A DNA stretch of 57,408 nt from Octopus bimaculoides (Eukaryota), in the NCBI RefSeq assembly GCF_001194135.2, contig NC_068998.1, positions 34,042,117 to 34,099,524 of the forward strand, given 5' to 3'. The first letter of the stretch is position 1; every line of letters starts with the position of its first letter. A model generated the notes under the pieces. The model was not told where the DNA came from. It did no database searches and was given only the letters and a program-made list of their open reading frames with translations. Position numbers and translations under genes: made by a program. Of this stretch, positions 23,406-35,240 are shown piece by piece.

Positions 23406-24664
23406 TTTATTGGCTTATACCTTAACATTTATCTGTATCCTTTGTTTAACCTCAAAAATCTATACTTCTAAAACAGGCTTCAATATTCCATTGATAGAAC
23501 AAATATGTGGGGTGATATTTGTCAATACCGATTTTCAAAACTTGGAATACGAAAATGATTTGAAGAAGATTTCAATTCAAAATCAAGGAACAAAAGCAAA
23601 TATCAGTAATATTTATTGTTCTTCTTCAATATTCAGAGCACTGAATGCATGCACAGCTCAACTAACATGATGCTCTGTTGTAATTGGACAGCTGGAATTG
23701 GATCAGTATTATATATTTCTGCCAACTTGTTACCAGTTTCAACATATCATGGGAATAACATCCAGTTAAGAACAATCTCTGCTAATTGACTTAATACTAG
23801 TTTATGGCTATAAACTAGTATTACAAGAATATAATCTATTTTAATTTTCAGCAGACTTTTGACTAAATTGAAGATGGAATAATGTTTGTCCTTGATTTTT
23901 CAATTACAGTTCCTTATATTTGTATTTGTTTAATGAGAGAAAGATACATAATAAGAAAGAAATTTATCGTTCAGTCTTGATAGATTCAATTGTAATCTCT
24001 TAATTCCCATATTATTAAATCTCATTGTGACAACTAAATTTGGCAAGCAAACAAATCTTCAAATTGCTAATGTTAATTAAGAAGACAAAAATCACCCAAG
24101 GTTAGAAGGTTACGTGTGAAACATCTATTAAGCAATATCACAGGATATGAACAATCTTACATAAACTTGCTAAGATGATAAATATATTTGCTAGAAATAA
24201 GATAAGTTGTGTTGACGGTTTATTTTTAGGATATAGTGGGTGGTGTAAGCTGGGGAAAGGAAATGTTGAAGTCCACAGAGTATTTAGGTTTGTCATTTCA
24301 TAGATTCTGACCTGTAATTGCACTGGCAGTATAGGCAAATAGAATTTCATCATCATAATCAACATCACCACCACTAATCTCATTGTCACTAACACACCAC
24401 CAGTATCACTGCTTTCACCACCATCACTGCCATCATAGATCTACTCAATCAGAACCAAAATTTAGATGTACCTAAACAACAACAATAACAAGTTATGAAA
24501 ATAGCACAATGAAAACGCACTGTGTACTCTGAGAACAACAGAAGTACAGGAATACAAAACACTGCATAAATGTCAAAACACTTGTAGCTGTACTCGTTTG
24601 ATCGATAAAAGACAATAACAATATGACAAATACAATGATAAAAATGAAAATAATGCTTCTAAGA

Positions 24665-24817
24665 TAAGCACTAGGCTTGAAATTTGAAGGAGGAAATTAG
24701 TCAATAAAATTGATTTGTGTTTTATCAACCCTGGAGAAATGAAAGAGGAAATAGGCCCTGGTAGGATTTGAATACCACAAGACATTTTGTCAAATGCTCT
24801 AATGATTCTGCCAAACC
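24665..24817 (-). mobile_element. SINE family C, internally deleted
   Basis: Minus strand GGTTTGGCAGAATCATTAGAGCATTTGACAAAATG...TTTCATTTCTCCAGGGTTGATAAAA; its 5' end abuts (TAA)n at 24818-24881. Confidence 0.7.
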
Positions 24818-24860
<43 letters not shown>

Positions 24861-24881
24861 TTAATAATAATAATAATAATA

Positions 24882-25310
24882 AAGATCAGTAAATATAAAG
24901 ACTTGCTAATAGAAATTGAAAAAATGTGGCACCTCAAGGCGACTTACCATACCAGTGATTGTAGGATCTCTAGGAATGATAAAAAAAGGTACTGAAACCT
25001 ATTTGAAAATGATACCAGGCTTACCATCCCTACAGGAAGTGCAAAAAATCATGCTAACTGGAACAACTCATGTACTGAGAAGAGCATTATCGCTGTGAAA
25101 ACAACATCCATTCATGAATTTTTTTTTTTTTGTTTTTTGTTCTTAAATACATGTTTTACCTGTGAATTTGTGTGTGTAAACTGGGAATGCATACAACGAG
25201 TTTCTCTGCCTTAGGTGTACGGAAAACACTCGGCGAGAAATGGAAGAAAATTTGAAGAAAGAAGAAAAATAACAACATAATAATAATAATAATAATTATA
25301 ATAATAATAA
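24882..25310 (+). mobile_element. R4/Dong-like LINE 3' end, subfamily 2
   Basis: KISKYKDLLIEIEKMWHLK / TIPVIVGSLGMIKKG...MLTGTTHVLRRALSL* with one frameshift; distinct 3' UTR; (TAA)n on both sides. Confidence 0.85.
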
Positions 25311-25411
25311 ATGCCCTGATGCAGTACCAGGCAGTGGCTCTCATGGCTTCTGAACTTAATTGATTGGGAGTGTTATCATGTACATTGTTTTGTCCTGGTA
25401 TAAAAGATGGG

Positions 25412-25850
25412 CTGGATATAGTCGTCAGAGATCATGAAGAAAAAAATACTTTCTATTTGATGTATCAATACCAGCAGATGACAATGTTTCTCAAAAGGAA
25501 ATGGAGAAATTTTCAAGATACAAAGATCTGGAAATGGAGGTAACTCAAATGTGGAATCTAAAAGCAAAAAACACTTCTAATTGTAGTAGGCACATTAGGT
25601 ATGATAAAAAATATTCAGATAAATACAGAACAAAAACTTCAGGACTAATAAGTATATATAACATACAGAACATAGCACTACTAGGCACCACACACATCCT
25701 ACGTAAAATACTTTCAATACAGTATAAATAAGAACATCACAACAAACCACAGCACATACCCAAGGCACACAGAGCTGCACTCGGTAGTGCAGTGAAAGCA
25801 CGTGATAAAAATAAGACTACTGAATAATCATAATAATAATAATAATAATA
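25412..25850 (+). mobile_element. R4/Dong-like LINE 3' end, subfamily 1
   Basis: DIVVRDHEEK...SIPADDNVSQKEMEKFSRYKDLEMEVTQMWNLK...ALLGTTHILRKILSIQ; 3' UTR matches 12434, 14305 and 32647; (TAA)n tail. Confidence 0.9.
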
Positions 25851-27197
25851 TCTTGCTTAGAGAAATGAAAGACAAGGTCATCACTGCATGTTTGAAGTGA
25901 CTCAAATTTCTCTTGAAATCAAAACTCAAATCAAGGAACCTTGTGACTGCCTTCAACATATGAGCTGTTGCTCTAGTCTGCTATTATGCACCCATTCTGA
26001 AATGAACACGAGTGGAGATTAACCAACTTGATTACACTACCCCTGAGACAATGACAATGCATGGTATCCTCCACCCGAAGGTGAACATACACAGGTTCTA
26101 TATGAAGAGGTGCAAAGGTGGATGTGGGCTGATTAGCATACGGGAGTGTGTCAACAGTGAAAGAAGAAACATGACAGAATATTTGGTTAACAGCAAACAA
26201 GACCTGCTACAATATGCTACTAATGCAGAAGGATTTACCAAAAATGGACTTGAGAGTGCTAATTAATTCCGATCATGAATAGCCAATGAGAGAGAAGAAA
26301 CTCTTCTCTGCATGGAATTACATGGTCAGTTCCACCACGAAGCTAATAATTTTAAAATACCAGGAAGCATCATAGAGGTGGTTCAGTAAGGGTGACATAA
26401 AAAAATGAAGACTGAAAACCCAATCATCACTACCCAGGATCAGGCATTGAATACCAACTCAGTGAAAAAGGATATATTCTACATAAGTGCAACAAACTTC
26501 TGCAGAATGTGTGGTAAGAGGGTCTAAAGGGTCTAAAGTGTGACTCAAATTATTAGTATTTGTGAAAGTCTTGCGCAGAAAGAGTACAAGTGCAGAAACG
26601 ACAAGGTAGCCCAAAACCTTCACTGTTTGCTGTGCTGGAAGTATGGAGATGAGGTAACAGGTGCTTGGTACCAACATACATTGGAAATGGTAATGGACAA
26701 AAAGGGGAAGGTAAAAATCGTCTGGAACTTTGACTTCCAGACAGACAAGGTGTTAGAGCACCAAAAGACAGATATAGTAACTTTAAAGAGGAAAAAGCAA
26801 GAGTGCCTAAAAATCGATGTGGCAATGCCAGGAGATCAACATATTATCATGAAAGAAAGAGAAAAGATTGATAAATATGAAGCCCCGGGAATTGATAGTG
26901 CTAAGATGTGGCAACTATGAGAGTCAAACATAAAGGTTGTCTCTGTTGCCATTGGAGAATTGGGTTCAATACCACCCAACCTGAAGAAACATCTGGAAAC
27001 TTTAGAAATACCCTACAATCTAGGTGTATTACAAAAAGTGGCATTACTTGAAACTGCATGCATATTGCATAAAGTAATGTCCATCTAAGGTCCTTGTTGT
27101 GACTTGACAGACAGTGGAAATCCCTGGTAGACACAATACCTTCAATCACGATATTGAATACTGTGCAATGTCTTAAATAATGATGATTATAACAACA
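25851..27197 (+). mobile_element. R4/Dong-like LINE 3' 1.35 kb, subfamily 3
   Basis: MHGILHPKVNIHRFYMKRCKGGCGLISI, CRMCGK...TQIISICESLAQKEYKCRNDKVA (knuckle), IVWNFDFQTDKVLEHQKTDIV...KIDVAMPGD, GVLQKVALLETACILHKVMSI*. Confidence 0.9.
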
Positions 27198-27237
27198 AGG
27201 ATTTCAACATTCAGCATTATTAAGTGATTGAGGCAAG

Positions 27238-27515
27238 AAGAGCAACCTATTATTGTTATGAAAATAATGACACCTCACTATAATTGATATAGCATCTCAA
27301 AATGATAGAAGAGTATAAGAGAAGAAAAGCAAGAGACAGAAAAATAAAAATCCGAAAAGATAAGTTACAAGAGTATAGATCAAAAATAAAGAATTGATAT
27401 TGTGCCCATGATGATAGGCACCAACTTGGTATATTCATGAAAAAATTAGATCGTATTTGGAGAAGCTTGGAATTGAGGAACCTTAAAGATTCTTAGAAAA
27501 GCGCTTGGAGATTTT
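27238..27515 (+). mobile_element. Highly degraded RLE-LINE 3' end
   Basis: TIIDIASQNDRRV*EK, RIDIVPMMIG and GTLKILRKAL in shifting frames. Confidence 0.6.
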
Positions 27516-27809
27516 TACATGTTCAAATGAAAGATACCCAAGATGATCACTAAATTTTCATTCACCAATATCTATGTTAATGAGCTGACTAAATCTACTT
27601 AACAACAACAACAACAGCAAAAAATAGCTTTAAACATTGATGAGACACAGGAAGAAAGACTTACTTGGACCAATTACAGAGGATCTAGAAAAGTGACTCT
27701 ACATAAACCAGTAAGAGCGCCTCCACAAGAAGCAATGTGAGAGCTTCTCCATGAAGCAAAGAAATTTTAGATAAGCCATCTGAGAAGGTTTTAATTTGCT
27801 GTTTATTCT

Positions 27810-27985
27810 ACTGTAAATAGCAGCCCATCAAATCTCACCTTCCTATTTAAAAAAAAAAAGACACAATAATGATGCAGTTCTCAATAAACTATGCCTATAA
27901 AAAAAAGAGAGAATGGGCATGGTTGGGGTTTTATTGATCATAGGTCTGCTCAACCACGACTGACCTGAGACTATGCAGCAACAAT
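27810..27985 (+). repeat. Dispersed repeat family F
   Basis: AAATAGCAGCCCATCAAATCTCACC...TTGATCATAGGTCTGCTCAACCACGACTGACCTG...CAACAA. Confidence 0.5.
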
Positions 27986-28042
27986 ACGTTGGATTCATCT
28001 ATGATATGTGGCAGTTTACATTAATTTTATAATAATGAGATG

Positions 28043-28044
<2 letters not shown>

Positions 28045-28078
<34 letters not shown>

Positions 28079-28080
28079 GT
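28045..28080. repeat. (ATT)n microsatellite
   Basis: Direct inspection. Confidence 0.95.
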
Positions 28081-28321
28081 ACAATGTATACACATAAACA
28101 CTCAAAAGTACACACACACACTTATATGTAGTATTTATTCATCTTCATTTGATATACAAGATAACTGATATTATGATAACACAATTTTATTATTGCTTTC
28201 TAGTTTATTTCTTGTTTATTTAAAATCCAACTGCATGGTTTAATTTATCAATCTCATTCATGTATATGCGTATAATAGGTTTATCCATATATAATACTCA
28301 AATGATCTACTAATATCAAAC

Positions 28322-28374
<53 letters not shown>

Positions 28375-28655
28375 TGTATACACATGCACCCACATGCATA
28401 TACATGCACATGCATGTGTGCATATGTATATAAGTACATGGACCAAAGAAAAGTAGTATTTCATACATGTAGTAGAATTTATTTATTCATTTATTCAAAT
28501 AGACATCTTCTCTCTATTAATATTCACATTTTCCCATTCCATAGAAATTTGCCTAGGCAACATATCTAAGGAAAAAACTACTTGGAGCAGCTGCAGAATG
28601 AATCTTTAGTTTCTAATATACACTCACCATACATGCACAGATGCATATGAGTGTG

Positions 28656-28704
<49 letters not shown>

Positions 28705-28769
28705 GTGTCGACAATTGCTTAGCTGGCTGAAACTTTGAAGTCACTGTCAACAACATTCTTGTTTAAGAA

Positions 28770-28870
28770 TATATATGTATGTGTGTATGTATGTGTATAT
28801 ATGTGTGTGTGTATATATTTGTCTATCTATCTATCTATTTATCTGTCTCTCCTCTCTCTCTCTCTTTCTC

Positions 28871-28914
<44 letters not shown>

Positions 28915-28965
28915 NNNNNNNNNNNNNNNNNNNNNNNNNNNNNNNNNNNNNNNNNNNNNNNNNNN

Positions 28966-29005
<40 letters not shown>
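28770..29005. repeat. Compound (GT/AT)(CTAT)(CT)n and (AT)n tract around an assembly gap (28915-28965, 51 N)
   Basis: Direct inspection. Confidence 0.95.
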
Positions 29006-29008
<3 letters not shown>

Positions 29009-30404
29009 GATGTAATTACAAAGAATCAGGAGATTAATACAAGTGAATATTTTTCATTTTTGCAGTCCATTGTACAGCATACTTGATTTAAGTGTGTCCA
29101 TCGAACGTTTCTCCTGCGTAGACATCTCGCATATTGCATATGCACCAATGGAGGCAAGCAGTGGAAGGAAGGCATCGATTACGAATCCTAACTTAACAGG
29201 ATCAGAAACAGTAACAGTAGACGAGGTTAAGTCAGATGGAATTTTGCAATTTTATAATTGGGGCATGCTTGCTGAATTTCAAGCTGAGATTGGCAAATCT
29301 TTTAGCTTTGTTTAGAAATAGAAAATGCATAGCACGAGCTCAAGTGTGTTTATCTTGTCCCTAAAGAGAATAATCATGGAAAAAAGATGCAATTTATGCA
29401 TAGAAGAAACATTCTATATTTTCACGTCTAAACACCAGTTGCTTAATAGTAGGTAGGAACAGACCCTAAGATGTATGTACCTTTCCAGAAGGGTATTCAA
29501 AAACTTCCATAGAAAGGATTTGTAATTAAGTAATATATCTTGTTTGTCTATATCAGGCAGTAATCAGTAATCTCCATAAGTAAAACTACATATTTGAAAA
29601 TTCTTGCTACACATATAAAATGTCGAAATTAGATGTAAATTAAAACTTGATTTATATTAGGTAAGATTCTGGTTGGCCTCACAAGTCAGTTCTACATATC
29701 TAATAAATTTAAATTATATTTGAATTAGTGACCAGTAATTGTAGCCAATATCTCTGAAACCCATTAATTCCTAATTCAACTAAGACTAATGGCCAAAAAA
29801 TTATTCTCTCACCTAATTTAAGTTCTAGCATTCTTGATTTGAAATACAAAATAGGACCATTTTAGGGTCAACGTGACACCAGTTTTTATAACCATATCAA
29901 CTTTGCAAGTCTTCCTTTCACACTCTTTTCCCTCAAAATTTATAGTCACTACCACATATAAGCCTAAATAAAGGGTTTAGTTAAGCCTAAATACCCTCAG
30001 TTTGCATCAGACCATGTAAGAGGATGGATACTGAATAAAGTTGCATAGACCAGATGAATATAATAGGATGCAAATGCAAATGTGAGTCAGACACATTTAA
30101 ATCAAATATGCAGTATAACTGACTGTAGAAATAAAAAAAATTGCAGATGTATTCATTTTAATTGTCTTGGATATACACAGTAAACTATTTATAATCCAGA
30201 AAAGCGAACAAGGATTTACCCATCGGATGAAATACAATGAGACTGCCTATTCCAAGTAATCCTAGGTGCTCGTTACCATTGGATGTAGTTAGCTGCAACT
30301 TGGATTATAACTGAGTGGTTGAATGGTACCCACCTTGATAATTTATCCCTATCTACTCACTACATACACACACATATACATACATACATACACACATACA
30401 TACA

Positions 30405-30680
30405 TCTTCGAAATGCCTAGTTTAGAATAGAGGCAGCTGATGAAGGAAAAGTTCCATATGTGGCTTGTCTGTTTTCCTAAGTGTTCATTCTGTTGTCCGT
30501 AAAAAAAGTTCGTTTATTTTTGTGCTTTGTTTATGTTCCCGTTCTTTTTTTATCCACGTTTTTTTTTTTACGTCCTGTACCCAGATATGCATCTATATAT
30601 ATACATGTAGATGTAGGTATGTACATATATGTATGTATATGTGCATATGCTCACATATCATTTGTATTATTATATATATA
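30405..30680 (-). repeat. Dispersed repeat family E, inverted and longer copy
   Basis: Reverse complement of 6350-6575, extending a further 45 bp or so to ...GGCATTTCGAAG. Confidence 0.85.
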
Positions 30681-31227
30681 TACATGGAGAGAAGTGTATT
30701 CCCACGCAGGGAAAAATATAGGAAAATTTGTTTTGGTGTTTGAAAATGCACCTGAATCTCCAAACATGTAGTCGTTTTTAAATTTTGTAATAGATTTATT
30801 CAAATACGAAGCTGGTTTTTTTGCTTAACAATGGGGAATATAAATAAATGAATAAATTAAGGGTTTAGGAGAGTTTAAAGTTACAAAGTAAAATTCGTAA
30901 AAACATGTTTAAACGATCAAATGTTCATAGAAATTTCAATGAGACTCACAGTGATAGACAGTAAAAGTTTGAATGTTCAGTGAAGATCATAACAAATATA
31001 CATGAGTGAAAGTTCCGTCGAATTGACTTTTTATTAAAAAAGAAAAAGCGGAGGAGAAAGAGAAAAAGATGGAGAGAAAGTTTTGTTTACAATTTCTGTC
31101 GTAGTGCATGAAGGAGTTCTTTTCTCAATTTCAGTCGTAGTACATGAGTTGCTTCATGTTGTTCACTTGTTTGAGTTGGAGATATTATAAGTAAAGTGCG
31201 CTTGATATAAATGTTTTTATGGTTAAA

Positions 31228-31535
31228 GATCAAGTTTTGATTAGTTGTGATGTTGACAACGTGCGTTGTTTTTCACGTGGGTATTTTTGCGTTGGCAAAA
31301 TCCAGCATTCTGGTTGGTTGACTGCCTGGTGACATCACTTATTTGTCAAACGTTTTCATTCCTTGTTGACCATGGCAAAGGATCAAGTTCTGATTGATTG
31401 TAAAGTTTAGTGAAGTCGTTTGTTTTGGTCAAATATTTTCGTTTTAGTGAAAATATTCAGCATTCTAGTAGGTTGACTTCCTGGTGAGAACTTGGTTTTT
31501 ATCTGGTTATCATCTAGCGTTCCAGTTCGTTGGTT
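31228..31535. repeat. Diverged tandem duplication of about 154 bp in a CpG-richer segment
   Basis: GATCAAGTT at 31228 and 31381; CAGCATTCT(G/A)GT(T/A)GGTTGACT(G/T)CCTGGTGA at 31303 and 31458. Confidence 0.7.
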
Positions 31536-31667
31536 CCCTTATGAAACCACTGGTTCAGTCGACTCAATATTTTGTTTTTGCTTGAGTGTCTGGTTTTGAC
31601 CTGAACAAATCTCATTGGTTTAGTGTGAGGTGATGTCAGTAAGTGGTGTTTGAAAAAGTGTAAGTTG

Positions 31668-32404
31668 GGATCCATTTTAAAACGAGGGCGCCAGTTTTCA
31701 TTTATGTTTTATGTAGTGTTTTTGGTACGGAAAGACTTTCAAACTTCGTATACTTATCTATTTTGTGTTATAGAACAGAAAAATATTTTTGTATTCGAAT
31801 TTATTTCATGTAAAAAATTGTCTTATTTCGATAATTTCTACTAATCACTGATGTCTATTCAGTTGAAAACAGTTAGCGCTGTAACGGTGTATATCGTATT
31901 AATCCCATAACCCTAACCCTAACTAGACTGTTAACCGTAACCCTAACCCTAAAACTAACCCTAACTCTAGAATCCGAACTCTAAAATTGTTACACACATA
32001 GATACGCACAGCGTAATTTATTATATAAACAATATATGCGTATAAATTACGATTAAACCGAATGAAATATGTCACAGGGAATAACATTTTTATGACTCTA
32101 TTGAGCTGAATAGACGTCAGTGATTGGTTGAAATTACAGAAATACGACAACTTTAACATGGAATAACTTGCGAATTCCTTTTTTTTTTTTNNNNNNNNNN
32201 NNNNNNNNNNNNNNNNNNNNNNNNNNNNNNNNNNNNNNNNNNNNNNNNNNNNNNNNNNNNNNNNNNNNNNNNNNNNTTTTTTGTTAAGAAGACTAAGAGT
32301 AAAAGATGTTTTATGTGACACATTCTACCAGTGTCCCAAGTTTCAAAGTGTTTCGTTAGTGTTTCGTTAAGAAAATACTGGCGCCCCCGTTTTAAAATAG
32401 ATCC
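31668..32404. mobile_element. Complete non-autonomous DNA transposon (Merlin-like MITE); contains gap 32191-32276
   Basis: TIRs GGATC(C/T)ATTTTAAAACG(A/G)GGGCGCCAGT at both ends; perfect 8-bp TSD GTAAGTTG (31660-31667 and 32405-32412); internal inverted repeat 31843-31864/32104-32125; (TAACCC)-like repeats at 31907-31965. Confidence 0.85.
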
Positions 32405-32579
32405 GTAAGTTGTTATTGTACAATAATTTGGAGTTGGGCTTTCGAATCCTCGAGGAACTCTGTTACTTAAACTTTTCGATTTATATTTGTTCTCTCAGTT
32501 GCTTTCCATGAATAAATTGTGGGTGTTTTCTCTTTGTGTGTTATTATCGGATATTTAATTGTGATTCATATACGTGTGT

Positions 32580-32590
32580 TGTTGTTGTTG

Positions 32591-32649
<59 letters not shown>

Positions 32650-34320
32650 TAGTCTTATTTCTATCACGTGTTTTCACTGTATTACCGAGCGCAGCTGTGT
32701 GTGCCTTGGGTATGTGCTGTGGTTTGTTGTGATGCTCTTATTTTTACTGTATTGAAAGTGTTTCATGTAGGATGTGTGCAGTTCCTAGTAGTGCTATTTA
32801 CTGTATGTTATATATACTTGTTAGTCCTGGTGTTTTTGTTATGTAGTTGTCTGAATATTTTTATATCATACCTAATGTGCTTACTACAATAGGAATTGTT
32901 TCTGTTTTTAGACTCCAAATTCGAGTTACCTCTGTTTCCAGATTTTTGTATTTTGGTAATTTCTCCATTTCTTTTTGAGAAACATTGTCATCTGCTGGTA
33001 TTGATGCATCGATTAAAAAGCATTTCTTCTTTTTGATGATCTCTCACAACTTTATCGAACCATAGTGTTAGCACTGCTTCCAGTGTATATAGATCCCAAT
33101 TCTGGCATGTCTGTGAATGTATTCCTTCTTAGCTAGGATTGGGCAGCCAGAGACAATATGATTCATTGTTTCTTGTCCATCTCTACATATTCTACAGTTA
33201 CTTGTATTTCTTTTCATTACATGTTTTTGGAAATTTCTCCAGAGAAGGCTTTGATCTTGTGCTACAATTAAAAATCCTTCAGTCTCTGCTTTGAATCCTG
33301 AGTTTCTCAGCCATTGTTGGGATTTTGCTTTGTCTATTTCTTTTCTGTTTAGTTTAACCCAGTATTTGCCATGAAGGGGCTTTTCTTGCCATCGTTTTAT
33401 CATGATCCATTGCTGTTCCAGTTTTGGTTTTGATTTCAGTTGTTTTACAGCTTTTGGTGTTTCCTCTTTTTCTTCATAGTTGTTAGGTACTATGACTTCT
33501 TGTTTGTATTTGTCAGCTTCCTTAAAGACTGAAAACAGTTTTTTGTTTTGTTCATGCTTTGTGGCTGTTTGTATTAGTTTTCCTTGCTTTTGAAGTAGGT
33601 ATTTCTGTAGTCCTATGGTGGTTATTTTGTAATAGTTTTCTAGATATATAAGGTCTCTACCACCTTCCATATGTCGTAAATATAACCTTTCTATGTCAGA
33701 TTTTGGGTGGCGCATCCTAAATCCTATGATTTTTTTTGTTGTTTTACTGTCTACTTTGATTGGTTCAATTAGTGTCCAGTTGAGAATATTGTAGCTGTAA
33801 CTGGAATGGCTAGTGTGTTGATACATATTATCATGTTTTTTTGCATTGAACTCTGTTTTCAGTATTAATCTAACTTGTCTATAGTATTCTTTTCTTATCT
33901 TCTCTTTCATTTGTGTGTGTTGTATCATATCCAGTTAATTGATCCCTAAACATTTGTATGTCCGGATTTGGTCTAATTCTTTTATTTCATTTGCTTTATC
34001 TAGTGTGATGTTGCTATTCTTAACTAGATTTCTTCATTTCAAGGTTGCTTTGGCACATTTTTGTAAGCCAAATTCCATGTTTATTTCTTTGGTAAATCCA
34101 TGTACTGTCTGTAGTGGTGTTTCCAGCTGTTTATCATTTGTACCATACAGTTTTAGATTGTCCATATATAAGAGGTTGCTGATTGTTTTGCTGTAACAGA
34201 TGTATCCACATCCAGTTCTGATTAGCATGTCAGATAAAGGTGTCAGTGTCAAGCAGAAAAGGAGTGGCGAGAGTGTGTCTCCCTGGAATATTCCTCTTTA
34301 TTTTTGTTTGCAGGGCATTG
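32580..34320 (-). mobile_element. R4/Dong-like LINE, subfamily 1, 5'-truncated in RT
   Basis: GIFQGDTLSPLLFCL...LLYMDNLKLY (RT), HPKSDIERLYL...GGRDL, CRICRDGQETMNHIVSGC (CCHC knuckle), RHARIGIYIHW; (GTT)n/(ATT)n tail at 32580-32646; deletion of about 120 bp at 33056-33061. Confidence 0.95.
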
Positions 34321-34439
34321 ATCTAAGTGTTTACTTAATGAATCTTCTTGGTGGTGAGGTCCCAAATCTGTTTCTTGTGCACCATCAGTCTGTCCCTCAA
34401 GGTCAAGCTCATTTGACCTACATACACACACACACACAC

Positions 34440-34478
34440 ATATATGTATGAGTGTGCATGTGTGTATACATATATATG

Positions 34479-34521
<43 letters not shown>

Positions 34522-34640
34522 NNNNNNNNNNNNNNNNNNNNNNNNNNNNNNNNNNNNNNNNNNNNNNNNNNNNNNNNNNNNNNNNNNNNNNNNNNNNNNN
34601 NNNNNNNNNNNNNNNNNNNNNNNNNATATATATGTATGTA
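34440..34640. repeat. (AC)/(AT)n tract with an assembly gap (34522-34625, 104 N)
   Basis: Direct inspection. Confidence 0.95.
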
Positions 34641-35005
34641 TCATCATCATCATCATCGTCATTTAACGTCCGCTTTCCATGCTAGCATGGCTTGGATGAT
34701 TTGATTGAGGATTGGTGAACCAGATGGCTACACCAGGCTCCAATCTGATTTGGCAAAGTTTCTACAGCTGTATGCCCTTCCTAACGCCAACTACTCTGAG
34801 AGTGTAGTGGGTGCTTTTACGTGCTACCGGCATGAAGGCCAGTCAGGCGGTACTGGCAACAGCCATGCTCAAAATGGTGTATTTTACGTGCCATCTGCAC
34901 AGGAGCCAGTTTGGCGGCACTGGCAACAATCTCGCTCGAATGTCTTTGTACGTGCCATCCGGCACAAGTGCCAGGAAGGCGATGCTGGGCACAGGTGCCA
35001 TTGAT
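34641..35005 (-). mobile_element. Family D retroposon (RTE-type tail, internal repeats of about 65 bp)
   Basis: (CAT)n then TTTAACGTCCGCTTTCCATGCTAGCATGG...GGATGCCCTTCC-like block; TACGTGC recurs with period 64-67; inverted homolog of 21834-22176. Confidence 0.85.
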
Positions 35006-35014
35006 GGTACACAC

Positions 35015-35037
35015 ACAGATATATATATATACATATG

Positions 35038-35080
<43 letters not shown>

Positions 35081-35240
35081 ATATCTATATATATATGTAT
35101 ATATATAATATATGTGTATATATATATACATATATATATTTATATATATGTGTATATATATATATGTATTTATATGTGTGTGTATATATGTGTGTGTGTG
35201 TGTGTATGCATGTGTGTGTGTGTGTGTATGTGTGTGTATA
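35015..35240. repeat. (AT)n/(GT)n compound microsatellite
   Basis: Direct inspection. Confidence 0.95.

Noticed and set aside
29075-29115. GPCR TM3-like SILDLSVSIERF on the + strand
   Set aside because: The spacing is one residue short of the class A pattern and the flanks do not fit; kept only as part of the candidate-exon finding.
30406-30446. Hammerhead-like words GAAA...CTGATGA around a TGCCT/AGGCA hairpin in family E
   Set aside because: Only one hairpin lies between GAAA and CTGATGA; there is no NUH cleavage triplet or stem I, so the core cannot be assembled. A covariance-model scan of the family consensus would settle it.
31907-31965. Chromosome end or telomere
   Set aside because: These are short, degenerate TAACCC repeats inside a TIR/TSD-bounded element.
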